Origin: an uncultured Bacteroidales bacterium
GTDB lineage: Bacteria > Bacteroidota > Bacteroidia > Bacteroidales > JACABE01
Assembly (NCBI GenBank): GCA_903899825.1
Contig: CAIUKU010000192.1
Location: 1-47,010 of the forward strand
Direction of reading: 5' to 3'
DNA length: 47,010 bases
Under the pieces are notes generated by a model, which was given only the letters and a program-made list of their open reading frames with translations, had not been told where the DNA came from and ran no database searches. The translations under genes were made by a program, and so were the position numbers. The stretch's first letter is position 1; each line of letters starts with the position of its first letter. Below, in pieces: positions 1 through 10,071 of this stretch.

Positions 1-6
1 AAGGAC

Positions 7-91
7 GCCCTGGTGGTGGAATTGGTAGACACGCAGGACTTAAAATCCTGTGACCATTGCGGTCGTGCGGGTTCAAGTCCCGCCCGGGGTA
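7..91 (+). tRNA. tRNA-Leu, anticodon UAA, type II (long variable arm)
   Basis: A cloverleaf is readable by eye. Acceptor stem is GCCCTGG/CCGGGGT (two G-U pairs). Anticodon stem is CAGGA/TCCTG with loop CT-TAA-AA. There is a long variable arm (TGACCATTGCGGTCGT) and a T arm GCGGG-TTCAAGT-CCCGC. No CCA is encoded. Confidence 0.9.
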
Positions 92-99
92 CAGAAAAT

Positions 100-131
100 A
101 AGGCTTGTAAATTAATTTTTACAAGCCTTTT
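100..131 (+). terminator. Terminator-like hairpin after tRNA-Leu
   Basis: Perfect 12-bp stem AAGGCTTGTAAA / TTTACAAGCCTT with loop TTAATT, followed by a short T run. Confidence 0.5.
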
Positions 132-359
132 CCTTAATATGACAATCAGCATTTTACTTTCTTTTTTCAGAATTCTTCCTAATTAGATTGCTTTCATACA
201 GAATCATAAATTTTATAACTATCTTTTTATGTATATGACAAAAAAAGTCACTTTGATAAATCCTTTTAAAAGCATTACAATAAACACAACTGAATTAATT
301 AAAAATATCAAAAAAAATACCGAATTTTGTAATCCTATATAATTAGTAAAAAAAATAAG

Positions 360-1535
360 ATGAGTACAGATACTATCCGGCAGTTTACAGACTTAATAAA
401 AGAAAATCTCAATAATCAAAATTTTGTCAGATTGGCTATGATGAACAAAAGAAATAAAGCCAACGAATTAAATACGGTAACCGCTAAAAGGATAGAAGTA
501 AAGGATGGAATCAAACTTTCTTTTGTTTACAGATATCCCAACAAAGATATTACCAAAAATTATAGTTTTGAGGAAAGCATAACCATTGTTGAACAACTCC
601 TGCAAACAGATTTCTGGCAGGCTGATTTATTCACCCTCAAAGCTGATTATTATCTTACAATTCATAAAAACAATCATTCCAGTATTCGGCAAAAAGCAAG
701 CAGTATTACTGAAGCTCCTATACCAAAACATGATAATGAAAAACAACGGATACTTACTACTACAGGCAATATCTATTTAAGAGAGTTGGGTATTACCACT
801 GCTGAAGGAGAGGTTAAAAAAAGCATGCAGGACAAATATCGCCAGATCAACAAATACATTGAAATTATTAATGGGATACTCAGGAACATTCAGATAGATA
901 ATTCTTTTAATGTGGTAGATATGGGTGCCGGAAAAGGTTATCTGACCTTTGCCTTGTACGACTATTTATACAATGTCTTACATAAAACGCCCAATGTTAT
1001 CGGTGTGGAATTGCGAAAAGAACTGGTATCTGATTGCAATCAGATTGCACAAAAATCAGGCTTTGGCAAATTAAGCTTTATAGCAGGAACAATCAAAGAA
1101 GCAAAACTTCCGGAAACGGACATGCTCATTGCCCTCCATGCCTGCGATACAGCTACCGATGATGCCATTTTCAGGGGGATTCAATCAATGGCAAAAATAA
1201 TAGTTTGTGCGCCCTGTTGTCATAAACAACTCCGAAAGCAAATGAATCCAACAGACGACTTAAGCTTCATCAGTCAATTCGGTATCTTAAAAGAACGTCA
1301 GGCTGAATTGCTTACCGATGGAATCCGCGCATTACTCATGGAAGCCTATGGTTATAAAACCAAAGTTTTTGAATTTATTGCTACTGAACACACTCCAAAA
1401 AATGTTTTAATTGTTGGAATAAGACAGATGAAGACCCAGGTTCCAAAACCAGAGATTTTACAAAAAATTGAAAATATTAAAAAGATTCACGGCATTGAAT
1501 TCCATTATCTGGAGAAATTGCTTGAGAACTTATAG
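360..1535 (+). CDS. Class I SAM-dependent methyltransferase (Methyltransf_32-like C-terminal domain, uncharacterised N-terminal domain)
   Basis: 391-aa ORF with SAM motif I VVDMGAGKGYLT and an acidic motif II region LIALHACDTATDD. No competing ORFs of similar size. Confidence 0.75.
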   Translation: MSTDTIRQFTDLIKENLNNQNFVRLAMMNKRNKANELNTVTAKRIEVKDGIKLSFVYRYPNKDITKNYSFEESITIVEQLLQTDFWQADLFTLKADYYLTIHKNNHSSIRQKASSITEAPIPKHDNEKQRILTTTGNIYLRELGITTAEGEVKKSMQDKYRQINKYIEIINGILRNIQIDNSFNVVDMGAGKGYLTFALYDYLYNVLHKTPNVIGVELRKELVSDCNQIAQKSGFGKLSFIAGTIKEAKLPETDMLIALHACDTATDDAIFRGIQSMAKIIVCAPCCHKQLRKQMNPTDDLSFISQFGILKERQAELLTDGIRALLMEAYGYKTKVFEFIATEHTPKNVLIVGIRQMKTQVPKPEILQKIENIKKIHGIEFHYLEKLLENL

Positions 1536-1676
1536 AAAATAGCCGGAAGTCGGATATCACAACAAACATTTTAAATTTGCGGGTGTTTAAGAAATATTTA
1601 AATTAAGATTCATTGTTTAAATTTAATAAGTCGTCCGTTTCTTCAGACTTCATTCAAAAATAAAAAAATAAAAAAT

Positions 1677-2210
1677 ATGGCAAAAACAGAACTAGGAATA
1701 GGTTCGCGGGTAAAGCATCAGCAATTTGGCAAGGGCGTTGTTGTTCAGCTTCGTTCAGATGCCTATGAAATCTCATTTATCGAAACAGGAATCAGACAAA
1801 TTCTTCGCGAATATGAAGGACTTGAAATCATAGAAGCCATTGAAACTCCGGACGATTTTCTTACTTACGAGAAAATAGAAAAAAGTATGATAAGGGTACT
1901 CCGTCGTTTTAGCGATATTCACGAAACCGTTCCCATGGGTGTTAAATGGACCAATGGAAGATTGGTAATGTACCCCGGCGATAATAGTCTAAAGGAAAAA
2001 GAAATCCCTATTGATGCCTTTTTCCACAAAATAGTAATGATACGCGACAGAGTGAGGGTGTTGGAGCAAAAACTAAATTCCAGCAAACTTACCGATGAAG
2101 AAAAAGTTGAAATGCAGCAATACATCACCCGTATTTATGGTAGTCTGACCACTTTTAATGTGTTGTTCAAAAATAAGGAAGATTATTTTGTAGGAGAAAA
2201 GGGTGCGTAA
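1677..2210 (+). CDS. Conserved hypothetical protein with an N-terminal Tudor/DUF3553-like segment
   Basis: 177-aa ORF. The N-terminus GSRVKHQQFGKGVVV resembles the small beta-barrel motif at the C-terminus of UvrD/PcrA-type helicases. The rest is predicted helical. No function is assignable. Confidence 0.55.
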   Translation: MAKTELGIGSRVKHQQFGKGVVVQLRSDAYEISFIETGIRQILREYEGLEIIEAIETPDDFLTYEKIEKSMIRVLRRFSDIHETVPMGVKWTNGRLVMYPGDNSLKEKEIPIDAFFHKIVMIRDRVRVLEQKLNSSKLTDEEKVEMQQYITRIYGSLTTFNVLFKNKEDYFVGEKGA

Positions 2211-2227
2211 AAGCCTTTTCAACCCAT

Positions 2228-2268
2228 CTCCTTTCTAAAAAGGAAGAAGCAGAAGAATAGTGTTTTTT
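2228..2268 (+). terminator. Possible terminator for the 1677-2210 gene
   Basis: Hairpin CTCCTTTCT-AAAA-AGGAAGAAG (8 of 9 pairs), then a 13-nt purine-rich spacer and TTTTTT. Confidence 0.35.
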
Positions 2269-2294
2269 ATTTACTAAATTTAAAGAACAAAATT

Positions 2295-2337
2295 AAAAAA
2301 TACCTTTACCTTGAAGTCCCTTTCCTTTGGAAAAGGA
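2295..2337 (-). terminator. Possible terminator for the 989-aa T9SS gene
   Basis: On the minus strand, hairpin TCCTTTTCC-AAA-GGAAAGGGA, then a purine-rich spacer CTTCAAGGTAAAGGTA and TTTTTT. Confidence 0.3.
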
Positions 2338-2354
2338 TTTATAGATAAGCCATT

Positions 2355-5216
2355 TTACTTTATTAAAACTTTTTCTGAATACACATTATTATTCGTTACT
2401 AGCCTTACGATATAATAAGCTGAAGCATTTCCTTCCATAGCAAAGCTTAGATTTCCGCTTGTATTTTCCAGTTTTTTGACTAATTGTCCCATTACATTGA
2501 AAACACTAAGCTGTCGAACTGATTCATTGCTGTTTACATAAATTGTACGATCAAAAGAATATATCGAAGTATGCTGAAATTCATTATCATTCACACTTAA
2601 TGGTGATAATGCGAATATAAGCTGGAAACGCATGACATTGTCCTGGGTAGTTGCTGCAAAACTATAATCAGTATGCTGATTCAGATCGGTAATTGTATTT
2701 GTCAGTAAATCTTTTAAATAAATATAAGTAGTTGAATAAATATTATTTATATCAAAGGAACTGATAGTAAAATTACCGTTCTTTCCTGGTTTAAAACCAA
2801 CAGGAATAATAGTAGTGGTATTATTTGATGAAAGCAAGTTTATGCTCCAGTTTTTATTCCTTTTAGTCGAAAATAAACCGGGGACTGTTTGGTAAGGACT
2901 GTATAGTTTTTCGGCACCACAACTATCATGAGGGTATCCAAGACTAACAATCATTTCATCACTGTAATTATTTTCAGCTGCAGATACTTTCAATCGTAAT
3001 GTTTTATAGGAAGATGCTACTGATTTCAGCCAGGGCTGAGAAATACAGTGTTCTCTTGCGTTGTTGTTCATACTAAAACTTCCTGCCGAGGCAGCTTTCA
3101 CCCAAAACCCCTGAGTAGGAGCAATATAATTAGTCACTCCATTTGTACCAAAACTGCCATTTGAAATAAAGCAACCATAATTTCCGCTAACCGGGTTCCA
3201 TACCCAATAAGCATAATCACCAAAGCCGGCATCCTCAAGCATATTTCTTGTGAAACCAGAAGCTTTATTCCAGTTAATTGCTGAAGGATATGGATTGGCA
3301 ACCAGGTTCCATCCTGTGTATCCTCCGGGAGTATAGGATAAATTTGTATTTATCGTACCCTGATTGAATGTTCCAGAAAAGGTTTTGGTAGAAGTAGTTG
3401 AATACGAAACGGAATAGCCTTTCCCGGGATTAATCAGGTTGTTCCCATTTACAGCTGTAAAGCCGGCATTTTCGTATGGAATCCAGCTTCCATTGCTTTC
3501 ATTCCAGGCAAAGAAACTTTGATTTTCAGGACTAAAACCGGCAGCTATCGATTGAGCTGTAACCGGAGAGCCTAAAATATGAAAGTCAGTCCATGACAAT
3601 ACTGAGATATAGCGTTCCATACTTCCATTTACCGCATTGCTATGAATCAATGAACCCGTTCCGTTGGTATCTGATTTTATCTGTAAACCGGTATTAACGC
3701 TAAGTTGTTTGCCAGGTGTAACCGTTAAAGTTTTTGCTGCATTGATAATCAGGCTGCCGCCAAAAGTAATATCTCTTTCAAAAACAACTGAATTATCCAC
3801 CACAAAATTAGCATTCGCACCCACAGATAGCAATCCAGGTCCTGCACTGATAGTTTGAGGAAATACACCATTAAAAACAACTGTTGCAGTTGTAGCCGGC
3901 GTAATATTTAATGCCCCGTTATTTATATTCAAATTCCCTTTGATATTGATGGTTCCTGTTAAATTCATTCCAATGGAAGTACAATTTGTAATGGTGAGAT
4001 CATCTACAGTCAGGCCATTACTTCCGGTTAAATTATTATTAAATCCGGGGGCATTCAGTTCGAAATTTGCAAAAGTTCTGCCATTTAATGATGGTGCTTC
4101 TATTGATTTATAAATGTATTTGGAGCCACTCTCAAAAATGATATTCTTTAAATTAGTTGTTCCGAAAGCATCCCCTGAGAATCCTGTTCCTGCAGTAAAA
4201 ACTGCAGTATTTTTAAAAATAATTCCGTTAGTATCGCTGGCTATGAGTCGGTGAGCTGCATTTTGCATAGTAAGACTCCCTGAGATATTTGCTTTAATCC
4301 CTGTTGATAAATTCATTTCAATTGGGTTTGCTGCATTTACAGTTAATGAAGATGCAGCATTTAATCTAAGATGAGGAGGGTCTAAATTTAAAACCCCGAT
4401 ATTTAAAATTCTTGGAACATCAGAGGTTGCAAAAGTAACATTCGCATTGTTTATTATGCTCAGTCTTCCAATACTTTGAGGATTTGTAAAATCAAGTACA
4501 ACGGAAGGAGAAGGTTGTAAAGATCCATCAAAAACAAGAATATCACTATTGGAAGGAAATGTTCTTAGAGGCTTCCAGCTGGCGGCTGAATTCCAGTTTC
4601 CTGAAGCTGAATTCCAGGTATAGGCAAGATTAAAATGAAGTTTAAAGCGGTTAATTGCATCTGAAGTAGTTGCAGTAAAGTTATAAATTGGATGTAATCG
4701 TAAATCCTGCTTCGTATTGGTTTTCAGATCTTCTAATATTACAGATGATGAAGGATTAAAACTTAAAATCTCTCCTGCAGTCATGCTAAAGTTTCCATTC
4801 ACTTTAGGTTCAAAACCTAAATTAACTGTGATGGGTGCAGTATAAGTTGCCAAAGCATTTATGCAATATTTTTCACTGTTGATATAAGAATATATCAACG
4901 TATTTAACGGATTCCCTCCAAGAAGATACACACCATCATTTAAATCAACGCCATTGCTGTTTCCATCCTTAAAATATATAATAGTAATATCGCTTGTATT
5001 ATTTGGTGAAACAACACTTAGCATTATCTGATTGTCTAATGTATTAGCAGATAAATATGGAAAAGTTGATATTTTTGCTTTTGTAAGCAAGCTGTTTTCA
5101 AAACCATAAGTCTGTCCCCATCCCTGACCGCTTATTATAAGCAGTAAAATAAACAGAGTTGCAGAAGATTGAAAACGAAAACTGGAAGTAATATAGTAAA
5201 ATAGTTTTTTCATCAT
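2355..5216 (-). CDS. Large secreted protein with a T9SS type A (Por) C-terminal sorting domain
   Basis: The C-terminal ~80 aa (SIYSFDRTIYVNSNE...VFNVMGQLVKKLEN...YYIVRLVTNNNVYSEKVLIK) fit the T9SS CTD pattern. A signal-peptide-like start MMKKLFYYITSS...LLLIISGQGWGQ lies at an internal Met (5216 or 5213). The 36 upstream codons of the track ORF look non-coding. Confidence 0.8.
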   Translation of the reverse strand: MMKKLFYYITSSFRFQSSATLFILLLIISGQGWGQTYGFENSLLTKAKISTFPYLSANTLDNQIMLSVVSPNNTSDITIIYFKDGNSNGVDLNDGVYLLGGNPLNTLIYSYINSEKYCINALATYTAPITVNLGFEPKVNGNFSMTAGEILSFNPSSSVILEDLKTNTKQDLRLHPIYNFTATTSDAINRFKLHFNLAYTWNSASGNWNSAASWKPLRTFPSNSDILVFDGSLQPSPSVVLDFTNPQSIGRLSIINNANVTFATSDVPRILNIGVLNLDPPHLRLNAASSLTVNAANPIEMNLSTGIKANISGSLTMQNAAHRLIASDTNGIIFKNTAVFTAGTGFSGDAFGTTNLKNIIFESGSKYIYKSIEAPSLNGRTFANFELNAPGFNNNLTGSNGLTVDDLTITNCTSIGMNLTGTINIKGNLNINNGALNITPATTATVVFNGVFPQTISAGPGLLSVGANANFVVDNSVVFERDITFGGSLIINAAKTLTVTPGKQLSVNTGLQIKSDTNGTGSLIHSNAVNGSMERYISVLSWTDFHILGSPVTAQSIAAGFSPENQSFFAWNESNGSWIPYENAGFTAVNGNNLINPGKGYSVSYSTTSTKTFSGTFNQGTINTNLSYTPGGYTGWNLVANPYPSAINWNKASGFTRNMLEDAGFGDYAYWVWNPVSGNYGCFISNGSFGTNGVTNYIAPTQGFWVKAASAGSFSMNNNAREHCISQPWLKSVASSYKTLRLKVSAAENNYSDEMIVSLGYPHDSCGAEKLYSPYQTVPGLFSTKRNKNWSINLLSSNNTTTIIPVGFKPGKNGNFTISSFDINNIYSTTYIYLKDLLTNTITDLNQHTDYSFAATTQDNVMRFQLIFALSPLSVNDNEFQHTSIYSFDRTIYVNSNESVRQLSVFNVMGQLVKKLENTSGNLSFAMEGNASAYYIVRLVTNNNVYSEKVLIK

Positions 5217-5342
5217 AAAATATTGAATGCTGATTTCAAATTTTGAAAATAATGATAATAAAGCGGTAGAAGCTTTAACCATAACGCAAAGATATACATT
5301 TTCTTTATTGTAATAAGATGGCAAACTATTAAAAAATAAAAA

Positions 5343-6560
5343 TTAGTTTTCTAGTCTTTTCGAAATTTGACCGACAGTATATAAGGTTGCAAAAAACCCA
5401 ATGACAAAAACGATGGCTGTTACTTTTATAAAATCAAGAAATTGTAATTGTACCGGGTAATATTTAACAACAAAAGAGCCGCTTCCTTCGAGGGGAATCA
5501 CCCCATAATGCTGTTGTATCCAACAAATAAATCCACCTAAAACCATTCCGGCAATAGCACCTGACAAAGATATCAGTAGTCCTTCTACCATAAAAATTCT
5601 TTTAATCAATGCATGTGAAGCACCTAAACTGCTTAAAATTGCAATGTCTTTTTTCTTTTCTATGATAAGCATCGACAATGAACCCACTATATTAAATGCA
5701 GCAATCAATAAAATAAAAGATAAAATAAGTATGCCGGCAAATTTTTCGGTTTTAATGATTTTGTAAAACATTTCCTCCTGTTGAAATCTGTTTTTCACTA
5801 CAAACTGATTTCCAATAAGTTTACTTATCTTTTGTTGTACTTCTCGGACATCACTTCCGGCTTTTAAGCTGATTTCGATTGAAGTTACTTCTGTGGTATA
5901 GTCCAGCATTTTTCTGGCAAAGCGCAATGGAACAATTACAATCCTGGTATCAAAATCCTGTTGAATTGAAAAAGCACCGGATGGCATGATAAGCTCATTG
6001 TTAAATGCTTCTGTTGGATCAATAGAAATATTTTTCCCGCGTTTTGGAATGTATACCGAAACAGCTGTTGCAAAATCAGTTAACTGTATACCCAACATAT
6101 CATAAATTCCGTAACCCATGACCATGAAATTTACATCCGCTTTTTGCAGGATAAAATTACCTTCCACCATACTGCTATCCACTTTGCTCACTTTTGTATA
6201 ATGTGAGTCAACGCCTTTTATTTGAACAATTTGTTGTTTGTTTTTATATCGCAAGAGTGCATTTTCCTCAACAATTTCACTATAACTGGCAATCCCTTCA
6301 ATTTCGGTTAATTGCTGAAGAGGGAATGTATTGATATGAAAGGTTTTTCCATGCTGAACTTCAATTTTTAAATCAGGATCAAAGGAGTTATACATCGACG
6401 TTATCAGGTTTTCGAGCCCGTTAAAAACAGACAAAACTACAATTAGGGCCATGGTACCTATCATAACACCAACCACAGAAATTCCTGATAATATATTGAT
6501 TAAATTATGGGATTTCTTAGAAAAAAGATAACGTTTTGCGATGTAAAAAGGCAGTTTCAA
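5343..6560 (-). CDS. FtsX-like ABC transporter permease, LolC/LolE family
   Basis: 405 aa. The N-terminus is typical (YIAKRYLFSKKSHNLINILSGISVVGV). It has a large periplasmic domain and a C-terminal FtsX three-helix bundle. Confidence 0.85.
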   Translation of the reverse strand: MKLPFYIAKRYLFSKKSHNLINILSGISVVGVMIGTMALIVVLSVFNGLENLITSMYNSFDPDLKIEVQHGKTFHINTFPLQQLTEIEGIASYSEIVEENALLRYKNKQQIVQIKGVDSHYTKVSKVDSSMVEGNFILQKADVNFMVMGYGIYDMLGIQLTDFATAVSVYIPKRGKNISIDPTEAFNNELIMPSGAFSIQQDFDTRIVIVPLRFARKMLDYTTEVTSIEISLKAGSDVREVQQKISKLIGNQFVVKNRFQQEEMFYKIIKTEKFAGILILSFILLIAAFNIVGSLSMLIIEKKKDIAILSSLGASHALIKRIFMVEGLLISLSGAIAGMVLGGFICWIQQHYGVIPLEGSGSFVVKYYPVQLQFLDFIKVTAIVFVIGFFATLYTVGQISKRLEN

Positions 6561-6587
6561 AAAGCTGATTTTATAAGGATTCCATTA

Positions 6588-6923
6588 CTATTTTAATAAA
6601 TTTTCGATGTTTTCGATATAATCCAATGAATCGTCGAGAAAAAACTCAAGATTGGGAACTACTCTTAATTGTTTGCCAAGTTTATGTGCCAGATCGAAAC
6701 GAATCTCATTCTTTTTTGCTTTTATCAACGGCAAAATTTCGTTTTTGTCATGGGTAGCAAATATACTTACTGCCACTTTGGCTATCGATAAATCAGGACT
6801 CACCCTCACCCCTGTTACCGTAATCATTGAATTTTTAAAATGCTCTCTTGAAAGATGTTGAAAAATCTCGCTTAAATCTTTTTGTATCAGCCGAGATATT
6901 TTGTTTTGACGTGTTGTTTCCAT
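6588..6923 (-). CDS. rbfA: Ribosome-binding factor A
   Basis: 111 aa with the RbfA signature layout (RQNKISRLIQKDLSEIF...VTGVRVSPDLSIAKVAVSI...LRVVPNLEFFLD). Confidence 0.9.
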   Translation of the reverse strand: METTRQNKISRLIQKDLSEIFQHLSREHFKNSMITVTGVRVSPDLSIAKVAVSIFATHDKNEILPLIKAKKNEIRFDLAHKLGKQLRVVPNLEFFLDDSLDYIENIENLLK

Positions 6924-6929
6924 AGTTTA

Positions 6930-6937
6930 CAAAATTA
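6930..6937 (-). promoter_or_regulatory. Bacteroidota -7 box (TAATTTTG) upstream of rbfA
   Basis: Exact match to the TAnnTTTG consensus on the minus strand, 7 nt upstream of the rbfA ATG. Confidence 0.4.
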
Positions 6938-7005
6938 GAATAATTTATTTAATAACGCTGCATCATTTATTTTTGTTTTACGTTCTCAGTAAAAAGCTTT
7001 TATTC

Positions 7006-7013
7006 TATCTTTG
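7006..7013 (+). promoter_or_regulatory. Bacteroidota -7 box (TATCTTTG) upstream of the ABC exporter
   Basis: Exact TAnnTTTG match 6 nt upstream of the ATG at 7019. This implies a very short leader. Confidence 0.4.
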
Positions 7014-7018
7014 CAATC

Positions 7019-8848
7019 ATGAAAGATTTATTAAGGATATTCAAATACATTAAACCTTACGGAAAGTATGCAATACTGAATGTTTTGTTCAACATTCTTT
7101 TTATACTTTTTTCTTTTCTGAATTTAACCTTGCTCATCCCTACAGTAAATATTATTTTTGGAATCATCAAGCCCGTTACAATCCGACCTGATTTTTCGCT
7201 GAATAGTCAGTCTATACTTGATAATCTTAATTACTTTATCGGACATTTAACAACAATACATGGTACATTTTATGTTTTAATCATCGTAGCCTTGCTTTTC
7301 ATTGTCTTTTCATTTTTAAATAATTTGTTCAAATACCTGGGCATGTATTTTCTGGCTCCTATCCGGAATGGGATGGTACGAGATTTGCGCAACGATATAT
7401 ACAATAAACTGCTGATCCTCCCCATCTCCTTTTATTCCGATCAGAAGAAAGGCGACCTCATGTCGCGTATGACCTCTGATATTAACGAAATAGAGTGGTC
7501 GGTTGTAAGTACCCTGCAAATGATTATCAAAGATCCGCTGAATGTGATTTTCTTTATGATCGTCTTAGTCAGCATCAGTCCTCAATTGCTTGCACTATCA
7601 CTGCTTACATTGCTACCGGCAGGGTTTTTAATAGGGAAAATAGGGAAAAGTTTAAAACGGAATTCCGAAAAAGGACAACGACAATTGGGTGTAGTGGTAT
7701 CAACCACAGAAGAATCCATCACAGGATTGCGTATCATCAAGGCTTTTAATGCCATAGATTATGCACATGATAAATTTAAAAAGATAAATCATGTTTACAC
7801 TAAAATCATGATCAAGATTTATCGCAGGAAAGATCTGGCAGCTCCTTTAACTGAAACAATGGCTATCATTGGTTTGCTGATTGTTATATGGTTTGGTGGG
7901 AACCTTGTATTAAACCATAAATTAACTGCCGACCTTTTGCTCTTTTTTGTTGTAGTCTTTGGCAGAATGATACCTCCGGCACAATCTTTTATCACTTCCT
8001 TTTACAACCTGCAACGAGGAGCTGCTGCTGCCAGCAGGGTATTTGAAATTATTGATGCTGAGGAAAAGATAGAAGAAAAACCAAACGCTGTCTCCAAAAA
8101 AACTTTTTTGCATTCCATTGAATACCGTAATCTTGGCTTTCAGTACAACCTTGATAATTCACGTGTTAAAATACTTGACGATATCAATTTAACAATAGAA
8201 AAAGGTAAAATGATAGCAGTGGTTGGACCCTCCGGAGGGGGAAAATCTACACTGGTCGATTTATTACCACGATTTTATGACAGTACAGAGGGTGAAATTC
8301 TGATAGACAGGATACCAATTAAAGATCTGGTTATCTCAGACATCAGGGATTTAATAGGGATTGTATCCCAGGAAACAGTACTATTTAATGATAGCATCAT
8401 GAACAACATTGCATTCGGGATGAAAAACATCCACGAAGCTGACGTCATAGCTGCTGCCAAAATTGCCAATGCCCATGAATTTATCTCGGAAATGGAAAAT
8501 GGCTACCATACCAATATCGGCGACAGAGGTGCTAATTTATCAGGTGGACAGCGGCAGCGCATCAGCATCGCCCGGGCAGTATTGAAAAACCCGCCTATTA
8601 TGATATTGGATGAAGCTACTTCTGCCCTCGATACCGAATCGGAAAGATATGTACAACAAGCCTTGACAAATCTGATGAAAAACAGAACGTCCATAGTGAT
8701 TGCCCACCGCCTGTCTACAATTAAAAATGCAGATGAAATCATTGTGATCGATAACGGAAAAATTGTGGAAAGAGGCAATCATCAATCATTGATTGACAGC
8801 AACGGACTATACAATAGTTTAATAAAATTACAATCGTTTACAGAATAA
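7019..8848 (+). CDS. ABC transporter, fused permease/ATP-binding protein (MsbA-like exporter)
   Basis: 609 aa with an N-terminal six-helix ABC membrane domain. Walker A is GPSGGGKST, signature is LSGGQRQR, Walker B is IMILDEATSALD. Confidence 0.9.
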   Translation: MKDLLRIFKYIKPYGKYAILNVLFNILFILFSFLNLTLLIPTVNIIFGIIKPVTIRPDFSLNSQSILDNLNYFIGHLTTIHGTFYVLIIVALLFIVFSFLNNLFKYLGMYFLAPIRNGMVRDLRNDIYNKLLILPISFYSDQKKGDLMSRMTSDINEIEWSVVSTLQMIIKDPLNVIFFMIVLVSISPQLLALSLLTLLPAGFLIGKIGKSLKRNSEKGQRQLGVVVSTTEESITGLRIIKAFNAIDYAHDKFKKINHVYTKIMIKIYRRKDLAAPLTETMAIIGLLIVIWFGGNLVLNHKLTADLLLFFVVVFGRMIPPAQSFITSFYNLQRGAAAASRVFEIIDAEEKIEEKPNAVSKKTFLHSIEYRNLGFQYNLDNSRVKILDDINLTIEKGKMIAVVGPSGGGKSTLVDLLPRFYDSTEGEILIDRIPIKDLVISDIRDLIGIVSQETVLFNDSIMNNIAFGMKNIHEADVIAAAKIANAHEFISEMENGYHTNIGDRGANLSGGQRQRISIARAVLKNPPIMILDEATSALDTESERYVQQALTNLMKNRTSIVIAHRLSTIKNADEIIVIDNGKIVERGNHQSLIDSNGLYNSLIKLQSFTE

Positions 8849-8855
8849 AACAGCA

Positions 8856-10043
8856 ATGGAAAACATTCAGAAAATAAAATCTCTGGCTAGCGCTTATCTG
8901 TCTGAATTTACTAAAATCAGAAGGGAAATACATGCCCATCCCGAATTGGGATTTGAAGAATTCCGGACGGCTGAACTGATAGCCACAAAATTAAAAGAAC
9001 TGGGCATTCCTTTCCAGGGCAGTATTGCCAAAACTGGCATAGTAGCCATGATAGAAGGCATGAATCCTGCTAAAAAAACCATTGCACTACGTGCTGATAT
9101 GGATGCCCTCCCGATTGAAGAAAAAAACAATTGTGAATATCATTCGCAAAACAAAGGTATTATGCATGCCTGCGGACACGACGCTCATATCGCCTGCCTG
9201 CTCGGAGCTGCAAAAATACTTAACGAACTCAAAAACGATTTCGAGGGAAGTATCAAACTCATTTTTCAACCTTCCGAAGAAAAATTCCCCGGTGGAGCAC
9301 TGGCAATGATTCAGCAAGGAGTGCTTGAAAACCCCAATCCTGCTTTCATTATCGGACAACACGTTTTACCTACTTTAGAAAGCGGGAAAATGGGGATAAG
9401 AGGCGGAAAATACATGGCTTCTACCGACGAAATCTATTTAAAGGTAAAAGGGAAAGGCGGACATGCTGCCACACCCGAATTAAATATCAATCCGATTATC
9501 ATTGCTGCTCACATCCTGATTGCATTGCAACAAATACCGCATCACAATCCTTCACCCGAACAACCAACCGTCCTTTCTTTCGGAAGGATTGAAGGTAATG
9601 GCAGAACCAATATTATTCCTGATGAAGTTAAAATAGATGGAACTTTGAGATGCTTTGATGAAGAATGGCGAGTTGAAGCACATCGCAGGATAACAGAAAT
9701 ATCTCAATCCATTGCTGAAGGAATGGGTGGAAATTGTGAAGTTTTTATCGACAAAGGTTATCCTTTCCTTATCAATGATGAAAAGCTCACTTCAAATATT
9801 AAAAATCAGGCCATTGAATACCTGGGAAGTGAAAATGTGGTCGATTTGGAAATGCGGCTGACGGCTGAAGATTTTGCCTATTATTCTCAAAAAATTCCGG
9901 CTTGTTTTTATCGCCTGGGCACACGAAACGAAACCAAAGGTATTGTTTCCAATCTACATACCAATACATTTGATATTGATGAAAACGCTATTGAAACAGG
10001 TATGGGACTGATGGCATGGTTAACTTTCAGGCAACTACAATAA
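8856..10043 (+). CDS. M20D-family amidohydrolase (N-acyl-L-amino acid amidohydrolase-like)
   Basis: 395 aa. It begins with the characteristic IRREIHAHPELGFEE and carries metal-ligand region MHACGHDAH. A dimerisation-domain insert is present. Confidence 0.88.
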   Translation: MENIQKIKSLASAYLSEFTKIRREIHAHPELGFEEFRTAELIATKLKELGIPFQGSIAKTGIVAMIEGMNPAKKTIALRADMDALPIEEKNNCEYHSQNKGIMHACGHDAHIACLLGAAKILNELKNDFEGSIKLIFQPSEEKFPGGALAMIQQGVLENPNPAFIIGQHVLPTLESGKMGIRGGKYMASTDEIYLKVKGKGGHAATPELNINPIIIAAHILIALQQIPHHNPSPEQPTVLSFGRIEGNGRTNIIPDEVKIDGTLRCFDEEWRVEAHRRITEISQSIAEGMGGNCEVFIDKGYPFLINDEKLTSNIKNQAIEYLGSENVVDLEMRLTAEDFAYYSQKIPACFYRLGTRNETKGIVSNLHTNTFDIDENAIETGMGLMAWLTFRQLQ

Positions 10044-10045
10044 AA

Positions 10046-10066
10046 AAGCCGGACTCAATCCGGCTT
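10046..10066. terminator. Hairpin between convergent genes, with a T run on the minus strand (RNase G side)
   Basis: Stem AAGCCGGA / TCCGGCTT with loop CTCAA. An A run precedes it on the + strand, which reads as a T run after it on the minus strand. Confidence 0.55.
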
Positions 10067-10071
10067 CAATA

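Noticed and set aside
5217-5324. 36-codon N-terminal extension of the 989-aa T9SS protein ORF.
   Set aside because: A standard signal peptide begins at the internal MMKKLF. The upstream residues have no signal or domain character.
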